Origin: Octopus sinensis
Lineage: Eukaryota
Direction of reading: 5' to 3'
Length of the DNA: 64,000 nt
Assembly: GCF_006345805.1 (NCBI RefSeq)
Contig: NC_043010.1
Span: 42,780,001 to 42,844,000 of the forward strand
A model generated the notes under the pieces. The model made no database searches. It had not been told where the DNA came from and was given only the letters and a program-made list of their open reading frames with translations. Positions 23,423 to 35,636 of this stretch are shown here, in pieces. A program made the position numbers and the translations under genes. Within the stretch, counting starts at the first letter, position 1, and each line of letters starts with the position of its first letter.

Positions 23423-23559
23423 TATAAGGTAATAAGGTAAATTTTTTTTTGCTCTCACAAAAATATTCTTTCCTGGTGCTATATTCTTTTACTACATATT
23501 TGTTGTGGATGATAGTTGATTGCCCACTGCTGTTGGATTTGCCCACAATGCAAGATGTC

Positions 23560-24900
23560 TGGAAAAGGATTAGATTGAATATCAAACTTGGTGTTTTAAA
23601 AAAGCTGGATAGGGAAAAAGAAAAACAGCCACATTGCCAAAACATTAAAGCTTGCAATGTTTACAGTGAAAACAATACTTAACAATAAGAGAAAATTTAG
23701 TCAAATGTTAACTATTTGGGCCTCATTATATTCATAGCTCTAATGTGATGCTCAAAATAGGACGGCTCTTGGATATACTGACTGAAGATCAGACTCAATG
23801 TGTTGTGCCAAAAAGCATGGTGGTAATTATATAAAAACTTAAAAGTTTATATGACAATTTTCAGAAAAAGAAAAGTGAAACTAATGAAAAACCTTTTTCT
23901 GGGTAGTAAAGGTTGGTTTGAAAGACTTAAGAAGAGCTTGAATTTGCAAAACATAAAAATGATTGTTGAAGTTTCCAGTGCTGATATAAAAGCAACCACT
24001 AATTACCCTAAACAGCTGAAAAATAAAAAAAATATTGCTAAAGGGAACAAGTATATAATGTTGATGAAACTACACTCATATTTCAAGAGGAGAAAAATCA
24101 ACATCAGGATTTAAAGCTTACAAAACTCATCTGCTTCGTCTTCTGGGTGGAAATGCTGCTGGTGATATGAAATTAAAGCCTCCTACTCATGTATTTCTCT
24201 GAAATCCAAGGGTATTTCAAGGGTTATGCAAAGCTTATTTGCCTCAGGGCATCCAGCCATAGAAACATTGCCAGATCAGACTGGGCCTGGTGCAGCCTTC
24301 TGGATTCCCAGACCCCAGTTGAACCGTCCAACCCATGCCAGCATGGAAAGCGGACGCTAAATGATGATGATGATGGTATTCAAATATGAGTAATGAATGA
24401 CTAAGAGTCTTTTCAAAGAGTGGCTTACAAAGATTTTTATTTTGGTTTGATGTGTAGGAAGGTACCTGTGCCAGATTTAATATTTCTGACAAAGTATTAT
24501 TCATTTTAGTCAATGCACAAAGCCACCCGGTGAACTTAAATGCACTTCCTGATAATGTGAGAATCGAATATATCTGCAAGAATATAACTCCTTTGTTCCA
24601 ACCAATATATCAAGGTGTGATAGCTAACTTCAAGGTAACAAAGAGGATAAACCTATAGTAAGAGACTTTAAATGGTCCTTGAAAGAATATATGGTGTGGT
24701 TGAGTAGTTAGTGTCACATACAAGGAGTTCATGTTGTAAGAACGAGAGCAAGTTGAGAATACAGATAAATACAAATATGGAAATTCCATAATCTTCACAA
24801 AAAATAAGGCTAAAAATTTTGCTGATAACAACCTCAATCGTGAATGTGACATAAAACTTACAAGATGAGTTTACAATGAGCTCAGTTCTTACACTGAACT
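23560..24900 (+). mobile_element. Tigger/pogo transposase relic, interrupted by an RTE tail (24246-24375)
   Basis: KRIRLNIKLGVLKKLD (HTH psq-like), FLGSKGWFERLKK..L.NIK..VEVSSAD (CENP-B HTH), NITPLFQPIYQGVIANFK (DDE QPMDQGVI motif). Confidence 0.85.
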
Positions 24901-25279
24901 GTACAAAGAGATGACATGCCACAAACTTCAAACAACTTGGGATAAGCTTTTTTTGATTCTCAATAGATGAACTAAAAGACAGAACATAGCGTCCTACATT
25001 CTTCAATTAACTCTCATTCCACCACCACCACCACCAGCCCTCATACTGTAGTCAATATCTTTTTTGCTAAGAATGTACCTTGTTACACTATTATGCTTCT
25101 TATTTATACCCTAACATTTGTTTTTAAGATGCTCCACATTTACATACACTCATAGGTCCAAAATAATATCATACAAAAATCATTACAAATAACCACACTT
25201 GAAACTGAATAGAAAAAAATGATTAGAAAAATATAGTCCAGAATCTTTACCTTCACAAAATACAAAAGTTAAAATATTT

Positions 25280-26219
25280 TAAATAGTAAGCAAATAACAT
25301 CATGAACAATTAACTCCTAGTTAGAAATCTGCTGACCAACTAACTTTTCCACCTACTTACAACCTTAAACCACAAACAAATTTGTATACTATAAACACCA
25401 TGACCTACAGATGAATAACTTAAATAAACACACTTAACAACAAAGTTTTACATACTTGACTGAGTTCTAAAAAATAACCTCCACTTTCTCTAAAACAGGC
25501 TAAAACTATTAAATAGTATTGAAATAACATCAGCAACAATTTTTAAAAATCTACTGACCCACTTACATTCTTTTGTGAACCCTTAAAATGCAAGATAACC
25601 AAATTTCTATACTAAAAGCTCCTTGACCTAAAGCTGACACACCTAACAAAAACACTTTTACATGTTTGACTGCATTCTGCACAATAAGCTCAACCTTTCA
25701 AAAACAAACTGATTAAATCTCCCAAATAGTGTTAAAATACAATTAAAACTAGTTACACATCTGCTGACCAACTATCCATTTCATCAACTTACATTCTGTT
25801 GTGAACCCTTAAAAGTTAACCCCAAAACCTGAAGTTGATATGCTCTGACAAGCCTAAATAGACACGCCTGATTAAAAACTTTTACATGCAGCACTGAACT
25901 CTGAATAATAACAACTCCAACTTTAATCAATTAAAACCTTCTATATCTTTCCATCAGAACTTATCCTACAAATTAATTATCATACGAAGTATCTCTACCT
26001 ACCCAGAAAAAAACAAAAACTTACCAGAGACTCTATAAAGCCAAGATGAACTCAAATGTACCACAAGGCTAGCAGGTTGGAACTTCAAAGTCACTATCAC
26101 CACTCTCCTTGTAAAAATATAATAAATATGTAGTGTACAAAAAGCATTGAGTAATCCATTAGTTTAATGTAAAATTGGTTTTATTTTATCTTGTCAAAGA
26201 AAAACATTAACATATATGT

Positions 26220-26288
<69 letters not shown>

Positions 26289-27110
26289 TACATATATCTA
26301 TTACATAATGTTACACACGAATCTCTGCATTACAGGAGAGTGTGTATATATATAAAACAGACATTGGAGCTCAAATCAGTCTTCTGGCTCATCGGCTCCC
26401 GTCAAGTCATCCAACCCATGCTACAATGGAATAGGGATGTTAAATGATGATACTCACACACACATATTACCTCTAGGTATATACAAATATACACATACAT
26501 ACATATTAATGTTTGTTTTTATACTCAGTTATAATACAAGCCATGGTCACTCCGTACTTTTGTAGAATACAAATTTATTATTCTTTAAAAAGAATAGTAC
26601 TGACAGTGACTTCAAAACTTACTGACCAACTAAAACATACCACTTACATTCTTTTGTGAACCCTTAAAAATTCCATAAAAAAAGCTGACTCTGATCTTTA
26701 CATTGCTAAAGCAAAAGATTACATCCAATAAAACCAAAAAGACCTAAAGTTAATGACACATCCACACACCAAAAGACTTCCTCTGCCTATTTCCTTTTTG
26801 TGAACTACTAAAAACAACCCTAATGACCTGAAGCTGACACACCTAAATATACACACCTTCTTACAAGGTTCTTCATGCATGAATAACTTCAAAACAACAT
26901 CATAGCACTAAATTTAGTCAATAAACATTTCTCAGCAATACCTTCCCATCACATCCCACCTGATACCCTAATAGACATTCAACTAAACCCCACAAAACTC
27001 AGAAAATATTTTCTATATTAACAAAGACTATATAAACCCAAGATGAACTTAAAGCATCACAGTCTCATAATGGCTAAGCTGGCTGAAACTTCAAAGTCGT
27101 TATCAATAGT
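25280..27110. repeat. G-poor diverged tandem array (~215-230-bp units) with conserved blocks
   Basis: Units start aaatagt (~25281, 25511, 25724); blocks ctgaccaacta, acttacattcttttgtgaacccttaaaa and gacct(a/g)aagctgacacaccta recur; 26021-26110 is repeated, diverged, near 27021-27120. Confidence 0.65.
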
Positions 27111-27124
27111 ATCCTTAAAGAATA

Positions 27125-27173
<49 letters not shown>

Positions 27174-27174
27174 C

Positions 27175-27365
27175 TGTTTGCCAGCGGCACGTAAAAAGCA
27201 CCCACTACACTCACAGAGTGGTTGGCGTTAGGAAGGGTATCCAGCCGTAGAAACACTGCCAGATCAGACCGGGCCTGGTGCAGCCTTCTGGCTTCCCAGA
27301 CCCCAGTTGAACTGTCCAACCCATGCTAGCATGGAAAGCGGATGCTAAAATGATGATGGTGATGA
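27175..27365 (+). mobile_element. RTE-LINE 3' tail / SINE
   Basis: ggcacgtaaaaagcacccactacactc...catgctagcatggaaagcggatgctaaaatgatgatg. Confidence 0.85.
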
Positions 27366-27989
27366 TAGTGTGAGAGAGAGAGAGATAATGTAGGGTAAAG
27401 CATATGTTGGCAGCAAAGTTTGGCAGAACTGTCAGTGGATCAGATACTGTGCATTGCAGCATATGTTGTGGCTCTGTACATTCGGAGTTGTTTAAGAGAA
27501 ATTCTAACACCTCTGTCAGGAGCTGTGGCTAACAGATAGTATCAGCAATTTGAAAAGCTAATGTAAATATGGTTTACTTTGTCTGATTGAAAACCTGACT
27601 GTTCCCGTTTCCATCACACATGGATAGACACATACACACACATACACACTTACACACACATATATACATACATACATACATAAACACACACAACACACAA
27701 GTACTGGCAATGGGTTGGATGAGACTCACTTAGGCAGTACTTTATAACCAGACTGATTCCCTTCCTGTTCCCAACCTTTACTCCTTTTCCAAGTTATTTT
27801 CATTCTACTTGTCTTCACATCAAACAAGTTATGGGTCTTCTTTGTTGGAGGAGATGCAAACAAACATAATTTTGCTCAAAGGCATCAATGTGATGACACA
27901 TGAAAACTAACATGTGTGCATGCACACATATACAAATAAATTTTGCACCTGATCACACACGAGTGTCGAGTGTTCATCAGTGTATGTTT

Positions 27990-28139
27990 GTGTACATATA
28001 TATTGATATGTGAATGTGTGTTTCAGCTGGCAAAATATGTTTACTTGCATGTGTTGGTGTGTGTGTGTAGACATACATGCATACATTCATAAATGTATAT
28101 GTGTGTGTGTGTGTGTATAGATATAAATGTATATATATA

Positions 28140-28186
<47 letters not shown>

Positions 28187-28275
28187 TATATACACATATG
28201 TATATATATACACATATATATACATATATGTATATATATACACATATATATACATATATATATACACATATATAT

Positions 28276-28368
<93 letters not shown>

Positions 28369-28811
28369 TATATATGTATGTATACACATATATAAAACAT
28401 ATATATATGCATATATATACATATATACACATATATATGTATTATTATATACATATATATGTATATATATATACATATATATATGTATATATATATACAT
28501 ATATGCATATATATATGTGTATATATACATATATATGTATATATATACATATATGTATATATGTGTGTATATATACATATATATATGTATGTATGTATAT
28601 ATGTTTATAATATATCTATACATATACATACATATATATATATAATACACATATATATACATGTATATATACATATATATACATATGCATATATATATAC
28701 ATATATGTATATACATATATATATACACACATACATATATATATATACATATGCATATATGTATGTATATATATATACATATATATATATATGCACGTGT
28801 GTGTGTGTGTG

Positions 28812-28844
<33 letters not shown>

Positions 28845-28893
28845 TCTTTTATATGTTTCAGTCCAGTGACTGTGGTCATGCTGGAGCACCACC

Positions 28894-28949
<56 letters not shown>

Positions 28950-28950
28950 A
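27990..28950. repeat. Large compound (TA)n/(TG)n/(TACA)n microsatellite
   Basis: Directly visible; includes a SINE A 3' fragment near 28845-28895. Confidence 0.97.
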
Positions 28951-29160
28951 AAAGGGAAAACATCTGATAGGTCTGCTACCAGCTACTACATAATTTATGA
29001 AATGAAACTATGAAATTTAAAATGTCAGTATAGAAATAATGCATCTCTCTCTTGATACACATATACATATATAAATATATAATAAATATTATATATATAT
29101 TAATATATATATGTGCACATTCATACATATGTACATATTTGTATGTTCTTTGGTTTAACA

Positions 29161-30032
29161 CTATGAATTAACTTGCCATCTTTGTGTTAAATTTTCAGGG
29201 GAGTCTTGAATATCAGTTCTAACATCATCAAGAAGTAACATTCCTGGGAATGCTGATTGATTGGCCATCATTACGGAAGAGCCCCACCTTGAAGACGGAT
29301 TTGGGATCATTGTAGGGGAACACGTAGCATAACCATTTTGCCAGCTGGGTGGCATGGGAATGGTTGGCAAAGGAGGCAAATGTGCACTTGTTGATGTTTG
29401 GTAAGGATGGCTATGTGTATGTGGTGGGTGATGTGCATATGATGAGACATTTGTCAAAGACGGTGATATGGCTGAGGAAACTGATGATAAAGACAAAGAA
29501 GGTGGTGGTGTAGAGTTTGCCATGGACATCATCCACGTGGTGGGGATTTTCAACACCTGTGGCCGGACAGAAGTTGGCACTGAAGAGGAGATTCCAGAAG
29601 ATGATGGAGGTAATGATAAACCACCTGTTACTGCATTGCTAACAGCTGCAACAGGAGATGATGATGAAGAAGATGATGGTGATGATGGAATAGAAGACGT
29701 CATAGACAAGTTCTGATGTGAGTTCATGGGCTGAGTGTGAGCAGGAGGTTGCTGGATGAAAACCCTCTGTAACTCCTCTAGAGTGTGTGTCCGTTCATGA
29801 TTGTTGAGATTCGTCACCTGAGCAAAGGATTTCTGACAAACTGCACACCTATGTGGCTTTTCCCCAGTATGAGTGCGGATATGATTGCGCAAATTATTCT
29901 TTTGGGAAAAGCACTTTCCACAAGTATCACATTTGTATGGTTTTATACCAGAATGGGTTCGCATATGGATTTTCATATTGCCTTGCTGAGAAAATGCTTT
30001 GGGACACAGAGCACACTTGAAAGGTCTTTCAC
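29161..30032 (-). CDS. C2H2 zinc-finger gene, last coding exon (3 fingers + Ser/Pro-rich tail)
   Basis: Acceptor ctttaatccag/gtgaaagacc; G-ERPFKCALCPKAFSQQGNMKIHMRTH, CDTC..HIRTH, CAVC..HERTH; stop at 29161. Confidence 0.93.
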
Positions 30033-30449
30033 CTGGATTAAAGAAATAAAAAAAAAATTAACTGTTAGAAAAAGATCTTATACACATGAAAATAACATTC
30101 AAATTACAAGTTTGTACAGAAATTAATGACTCGTTTGAAAATTTGAATTAATAAATTGATACATAAGCAAAATGACCAATAAAAAAATTTGCAAACAAAA
30201 AGATTATCAACTACATGAAAAAAATAACTCAGAGATCTCAAACTTTAAAAAATCTTTGAAGGCATTTTGTTACTTTTAAAATGTGTTGATTTTCGAAGAC
30301 AATAATCAGTAGGTGACAATTCTTTGGCAGAACAACGATAAAAGCAAATTTCATAACCTCAACTGCTAAGTTTCTGTAATATCTTTCATGAAAAAAAAAA
30401 ATTAATTCCCTTTTTCATTGACTTAATTATTGGTTTAATTAATATCATG

Positions 30450-30900
30450 CTATTTTATGAGCCACCCTCTTCAATGTTTGGAAGTAAATCTCTGGTGTAA
30501 TATTCTTCTGGTGGAAAGATCATACCAGTTCCACACAGTTTTTACAAGGACCATAATCAGATTAAGATACTTTAAGAATCTTCTTGAAACCTCATAACAA
30601 TTTAACAAGGACAGATTATTTCTGATAGTCAGAAATTAACCAGTTTTCTTCAGAGGTCACAATCAGGTCAAGAAATGGATAATATTTGTTACGCAAAAGC
30701 AGTAAAGAATACACTTCAAAATGACAATTCTTTGGTTTTCATTGAATTTATGTGGAAGCCTTGTGTCAAACTTCTTTTTCATTGACTTGCTTTGGATGAT
30801 CTCAAATTATTAAAATGTCAAACAGTTTGTTGTAGGTTTTCTTCTAAATCTTCAGCTGATCAATTTCAACAGCAGAAGCATATTCTCGACCACCTTCACC
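30450..30900 (-). mobile_element. Decayed mariner transposase relic in the ZF intron
   Basis: Minus frames show VEIDQLK..EENLQQTV, LIVTSEENWL (IVT.DEKW-like) and a TVW..G-like segment, with many stops. Confidence 0.55.
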
Positions 30901-31104
30901 ATTCAGATTTATATCTCTTATTACAAAATTGAATTAACTTACTGCAATACAAATATGAATTACATAAATTTGGCACTGATATACAATACTGTGAATGTAA
31001 CTTTAGGTGAAGGTAACCAATGAAGAATATGAGTAAAACACCAAGTGGAAATATTCATAACAACTACAGAGCCATATTTACTTAGTAATGTGTAAACTTA
31101 AATT

Positions 31105-31465
31105 TTCATCATCGTCATCATCATCATTTAACGTCCATTTTCCATGCTGGCACAGGTTGGATGGTTTTGACCTGAGCTGGTAAGGCGAAGGGCTACCCCA
31201 GGCTCTATTGTCTGTTCTGGCATGGTTTCTATGGCTTGCTACCCTTCCTAACACCAACTTTCTATGGCTTGATGCCCTTCTTAACACTAACCAATCAACA
31301 GAGTGTACTGGGTGCTTTTAATGTGACACCAGCATGAGTCTTGTTGAGGTGCCAAATATCTTGGTCTTTAGACTTCTCCTTTGTAAGGCTCAGTGTCTTG
31401 AGATCATCCTTCAATATTTCATTCCATGTCTTTTTGGGTCTCCCTTTTTCAAATGTTCCATACAC
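31105..31465 (-). mobile_element. RTE LINE 3' end
   Basis: (cat)n tail, UTR and GRPKKTWNEILKDDL frame. Confidence 0.8.
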
Positions 31466-31469
31466 TTAA

Positions 31470-31675
31470 CCCTTTAGTGTTTAAACCGGCCATATCAGGC
31501 CAAAATTGTCTTCCTGTTTTATTCTCAAACCAGCCAGCTCTGACCTCTCACACCTACCCTATAAAGTCATTCTAAAAATAAACAGGGACATCATCAATAA
31601 CCCAGAGTTACAAAATGCTGTACAATTAATTTAAAATAATGTAATTAAACACAGAGTAATCTGAATGATAAAGGG
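31470..31675. mobile_element. piggyBac-like MITE
   Basis: TTAA flanks (31466-31469, 31676-31679); termini CCCTTTA / TAAAGGG. Confidence 0.6.
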
Positions 31676-31794
31676 TTAAAGTGACCGGCATTTCTGTATG
31701 CAACTGTCTACATCCATATGCTATAAACTGGATAATTATTGAAATTATTACTAAAATTCTTTTTTTTTTAATGTTTTTCGTTTCTTTACACATA

Positions 31795-32207
31795 GGCGCA
31801 GGAGTGGCTGTATGGTAAGTTACTTGCTTACGAGCCACATGGTTCTGGGTTCAGTCCCACTGCGTGGCACCTTGGGCAAGTGTCTTCTACTATAGCCTCA
31901 GGCCGACCAAAGCCTTGTGAGTGGATTTGGTAGACGGAAACTGAAAGAAGCCCGTCGTATATATGTATATATATATATATGTATGTGTGTGTATATGTTT
32001 CCGTGTCTGTGTTTGTCCCCCCAACATCGCTTGACAACCGATGCTGAATTGTTTACGTCCCCGTAACTTAGCGGTTCGGTAAAAGGAGCCCAATAGAATA
32101 AGTACTAGGCTTACAATGAATAAGTCCTGGGGTTGATTTGCTTGACTAAAGGCGGTGCTCCAGCATGGCTGCAGTCAAATGACTGAAACAAGTAAAAGAG
32201 TAAAAGA
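31795..32207 (+). mobile_element. Full-length tRNA-derived SINE family A
   Basis: Head ggcgcaggagtggctgtatggtaag...ggttcagtccc; tail gactgaaacaagtaaaagagtaaaaga. Confidence 0.92.
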
Positions 32208-32413
32208 ATAAAAAAGTAATTTATTTATTGAAGAGATTATTTGGTGTTCTGCTACTGATATGATGCATTATTCTATACCTTGAATTTCAGCTACTCAAAA
32301 GTGGTGAGTTGATCTCACTACGATTAAGCATAATAATCTAGTAAAAAAAAAGAGAAGATAGTATACTCAGGTGAAAATATAATGTAAAGAAAAGCAATCA
32401 TATTGTATCATAC

Positions 32414-33086
32414 CTGTATGAGTTCTCTCGTGATTTCTCCATTCAGTCACCTGGCAAAAGGTTCTAGTACAGTAACTACAGTGAAATGGCCGCTCACCAG
32501 TATGGGTTCGTACATGATTACGCAGTATAATCTCCTGTGAGAAGGCTTTGTTACAGAACGTACAGAAAAAATGCTTCCGGCCACCTAACTCGTGGTTTAT
32601 CAAGTGGCCGCGTTGAGCAAAACCTTTACGACAGGTTCCACATTTATATGGTTTCTTCATACTAAGGCTGATACCAATGTAAGGAGAATTAGGAATAAGC
32701 CCTATCTTGCTTTTGGTATTGGTGTTGTTGGTGGTGGTGATGTTTTCAGAATTAGTATTAATATCACTGTTCCTGTGCATATTATTCTCAGCAATGTATG
32801 GAAACCCAGAAGAGCCTGACGTTATTATTTTCATTTTGAGGCTGTTGTTGCTATTACTGCTATAGTGACTGTTATAGGACTTTAGGTGATCATTATGAGA
32901 ATCCTCACTTCTTGGGATAACACCCATTTTCATACTGGACTGTTCCAGGTGGCTTTTCTGTATAATATCATGGTCAAGTCTTCGACAGTTGTCATCTAAT
33001 ATCGAAGCATTATACAAGGATTTATCAAGATGTTGGCCGCTATTGTCCAGAATTGTAGGATTGTACAAAGATTTTGAAGAATACAT
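32414..33086 (-). CDS. C2H2 zinc-finger gene, first coding exon (N-terminal region + 3 fingers, the first atypical)
   Basis: ATG at 33086 with an in-frame upstream stop at 33104-33102; donor catacag/gtatga at 32414 (phase 1) joins 30032 to restore HTGERPF; 673+872 nt = 515 codons including the stop. Confidence 0.9.
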
Positions 33087-35261
33087 AGCTATATATTTTT
33101 CTCATCCATAAACAAGGAATTTTCCTTCAAAAGAAACATTTATCAGCTGACTTTGGTTAATTTGTTCTTCCTAAAGTTGTTAGTTTTTACTTTTGTACCA
33201 AATTTTAAACACAGTAATTCTTTTATTACTATTCATTTCAGCTGGTAATAATCCATCATCATTGCAGATATATTGGAAATATATTGATAAATATAAGAAA
33301 TCCTCTTTATAAATAATATCACAATAAACTGTAGAAAAATTCAGCAGACACCCTTATCATTTTGGTTCATAAAATATTTTTGATTGGATCATTTCTATAG
33401 ACTTGGTAAAAGAATGAGTAACCTATGAAAACAAGAGAAATAAAAATAAATAATTAAAAAAGGCATTAATTGTCATTTTCTTAATTATTCTTAATAGTGA
33501 TCTTTACAGCAACACCAACTAGAAAAACTTTTATATCCTTAAATGATGAATATGGTTACATTTTAATAACCAATTGTATTACCATTTATGGTAAAATTGT
33601 GCAAAAACCAAAATTCAAAAGTATATATGATTACAGGTAATGCAAAACAGTGGGGATCAAAATACTGATGAGTATGCTTATTCTTATTATGTTCCAGCAC
33701 ACTTGAACATGAAAATGGTACTTCACTGTAGGGTATCAGAGAACAACTCCTTACAGACAATATATTTAAACAACAAGGGATATAAGTGAACTTTAAGACA
33801 GTGTTTCAGCATTATTGTTGCTTCTTCGGGAGTAAACAGATGTTGCTACTTCTATCAACAGAAATCAGCAAACAAAATCATTTATTGATGCATGTGGTTA
33901 CTTGTCAGACTGGTATTTAATTTATTACAAGAATACAAGACAACAAGAATCATAATACTGATATGTGCATTTGTTCTTATCACTTTCCTAAGGACCATGC
34001 AGTGTCTACCACTGAAAAGGTAACAATTACACCAAAATACTATCACATAATCCACTTACTTTACACATATTGTCTATAAGAAGTCGTTCTCTGATACAAT
34101 ACTCTGCAGCAAAATGCTATGTTCACATCAATATTTTGATTTTCAATGTTTTGTGTGCCTGTATTAATTTGTCTCCGCTTGGCAAACTACCATGTGTAAC
34201 AGCAAATGTTTTGTTGGAGGATTTCTAAAGATAGAAGCAGCAACTTCTGTTAGCTCCAAAGGACCAGGTGATGTCTGCAAATGAAATGGTGACAATTACA
34301 AAGAAATCAATTGTTCACTAGAATTGGAAGCTTGGTAACTTTACTGGTAGTAATTTTTGTTTAACGACAGGCAAGCTATGAACATGCAAACCTATCATCA
34401 AAGGCATTTCATCTGTAATGGTCTTGTCTTTCTTGTTCACTCAAGAGTATAACAAATTGCATTCTTCAAGCAAGCAGAGGAGCTATTTCTTGCAGGATGA
34501 ATGTGAAATGAGAGTAACAGGTTGACAACTGACAAGAGCAGACAAGTTACCCTTCATAGAAATAGGACTCACTGTCACATGTTTCCATAAACTGTGATAG
34601 TTCCCTGTAGAGAAAAACAGGACATAGCTAATTGAAGCAATGGTAAAGACACCAGCAGTTGAGCTGAAGCTAATGAAGAAATTTTTTTTTTACATTTGGT
34701 ACACTGTGCATGCAGTAGTGGGACAGATTGAGTTGAGGTTTTTTTTTTGTTTTTTTTTAATGTACAATGAATAGTTTTGAAGTAAGATAGACAGCAAGTG
34801 TGTTTTTTTTTTTCTTCTTTTTTTTTCCAACAGAAATGCTACTTTACAAAGCTATCTTGGTTAGAACTAACTGATAAGAGAATTCTGAAAAATTGGCAAA
34901 GAATTTCTTGGCAATGACAAGAAAGCTTTATTAAAATTGTGAGGTAGATAAAGTAACATATTTATATATTATATACATTGGTATTATTTTCAATAACTGG
35001 CATGTTAGAACCATCATTAACGTCTATAAAGACACATACAGAAAACTAAATCTTAAATTGATAGATCAAATATAAAGTTATGAAATAAAGTTACAGGACA
35101 AGATTAAGAGATATCGAGTAGCTGAGTAGTAAAATGATTGATTCCTTGTTCTTTGTGATATCGATAACAAATCCAAAATAAGCAAATGGATCAAAAATAT
35201 TTTAATTAGAATATTTGAGAAATCATACTATACAAATTCACAATAATACTAATGATTGGTT

Positions 35262-35636
35262 TCAAATTTTGGCACAAGACCAGCAAGACCAGCAAGTTAC
35301 ATCAGCCCCAGTGCTCAACTGGCACTTATCAACTCTGAAAGTATGAAAGGCAAAGTCAACCTCGGTTGAATTTGAACTCAGAATATAAAGATAGATGAAA
35401 TACCTATTTCTTTACTACCCACAAGGGGCTAAACACAGAGAGAACAAACAAGGATAGACAAACGGATTAAGTCGATTATATCGACCCCAGTGTGTAACTG
35501 GTACTTATTTAATCGACCCTGAAAGGATGAAAAGCAAAGCCGACCTCGGTGGAATTTGAACTCAGAACGTAACGGCAGACGAAATACCACTAAGCATTTT
35601 GCCCGGTATGCTAACAATTCTGCCAGCCTGTCACCT
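35262..35636 (-). mobile_element. SINE family B, full copy plus adjacent partial copy
   Basis: Reverse complement of 46908-47135. Confidence 0.85.

Noticed and set aside
24602-25000. Frame with TGA at Trp-like positions, suggesting a mitochondrial code or NUMT
   Set aside because: TAA/TAG stops are also present, and the upstream QPIYQGVIANFK motif identifies it as Tigger transposase decay
25280-27110. Array considered as a miRNA or snoRNA cluster, CRISPR array or NUMT
   Set aside because: The conserved blocks form no hairpins, there are no paired C/D boxes, no regular repeat-spacer period and no mitochondrial gene similarity
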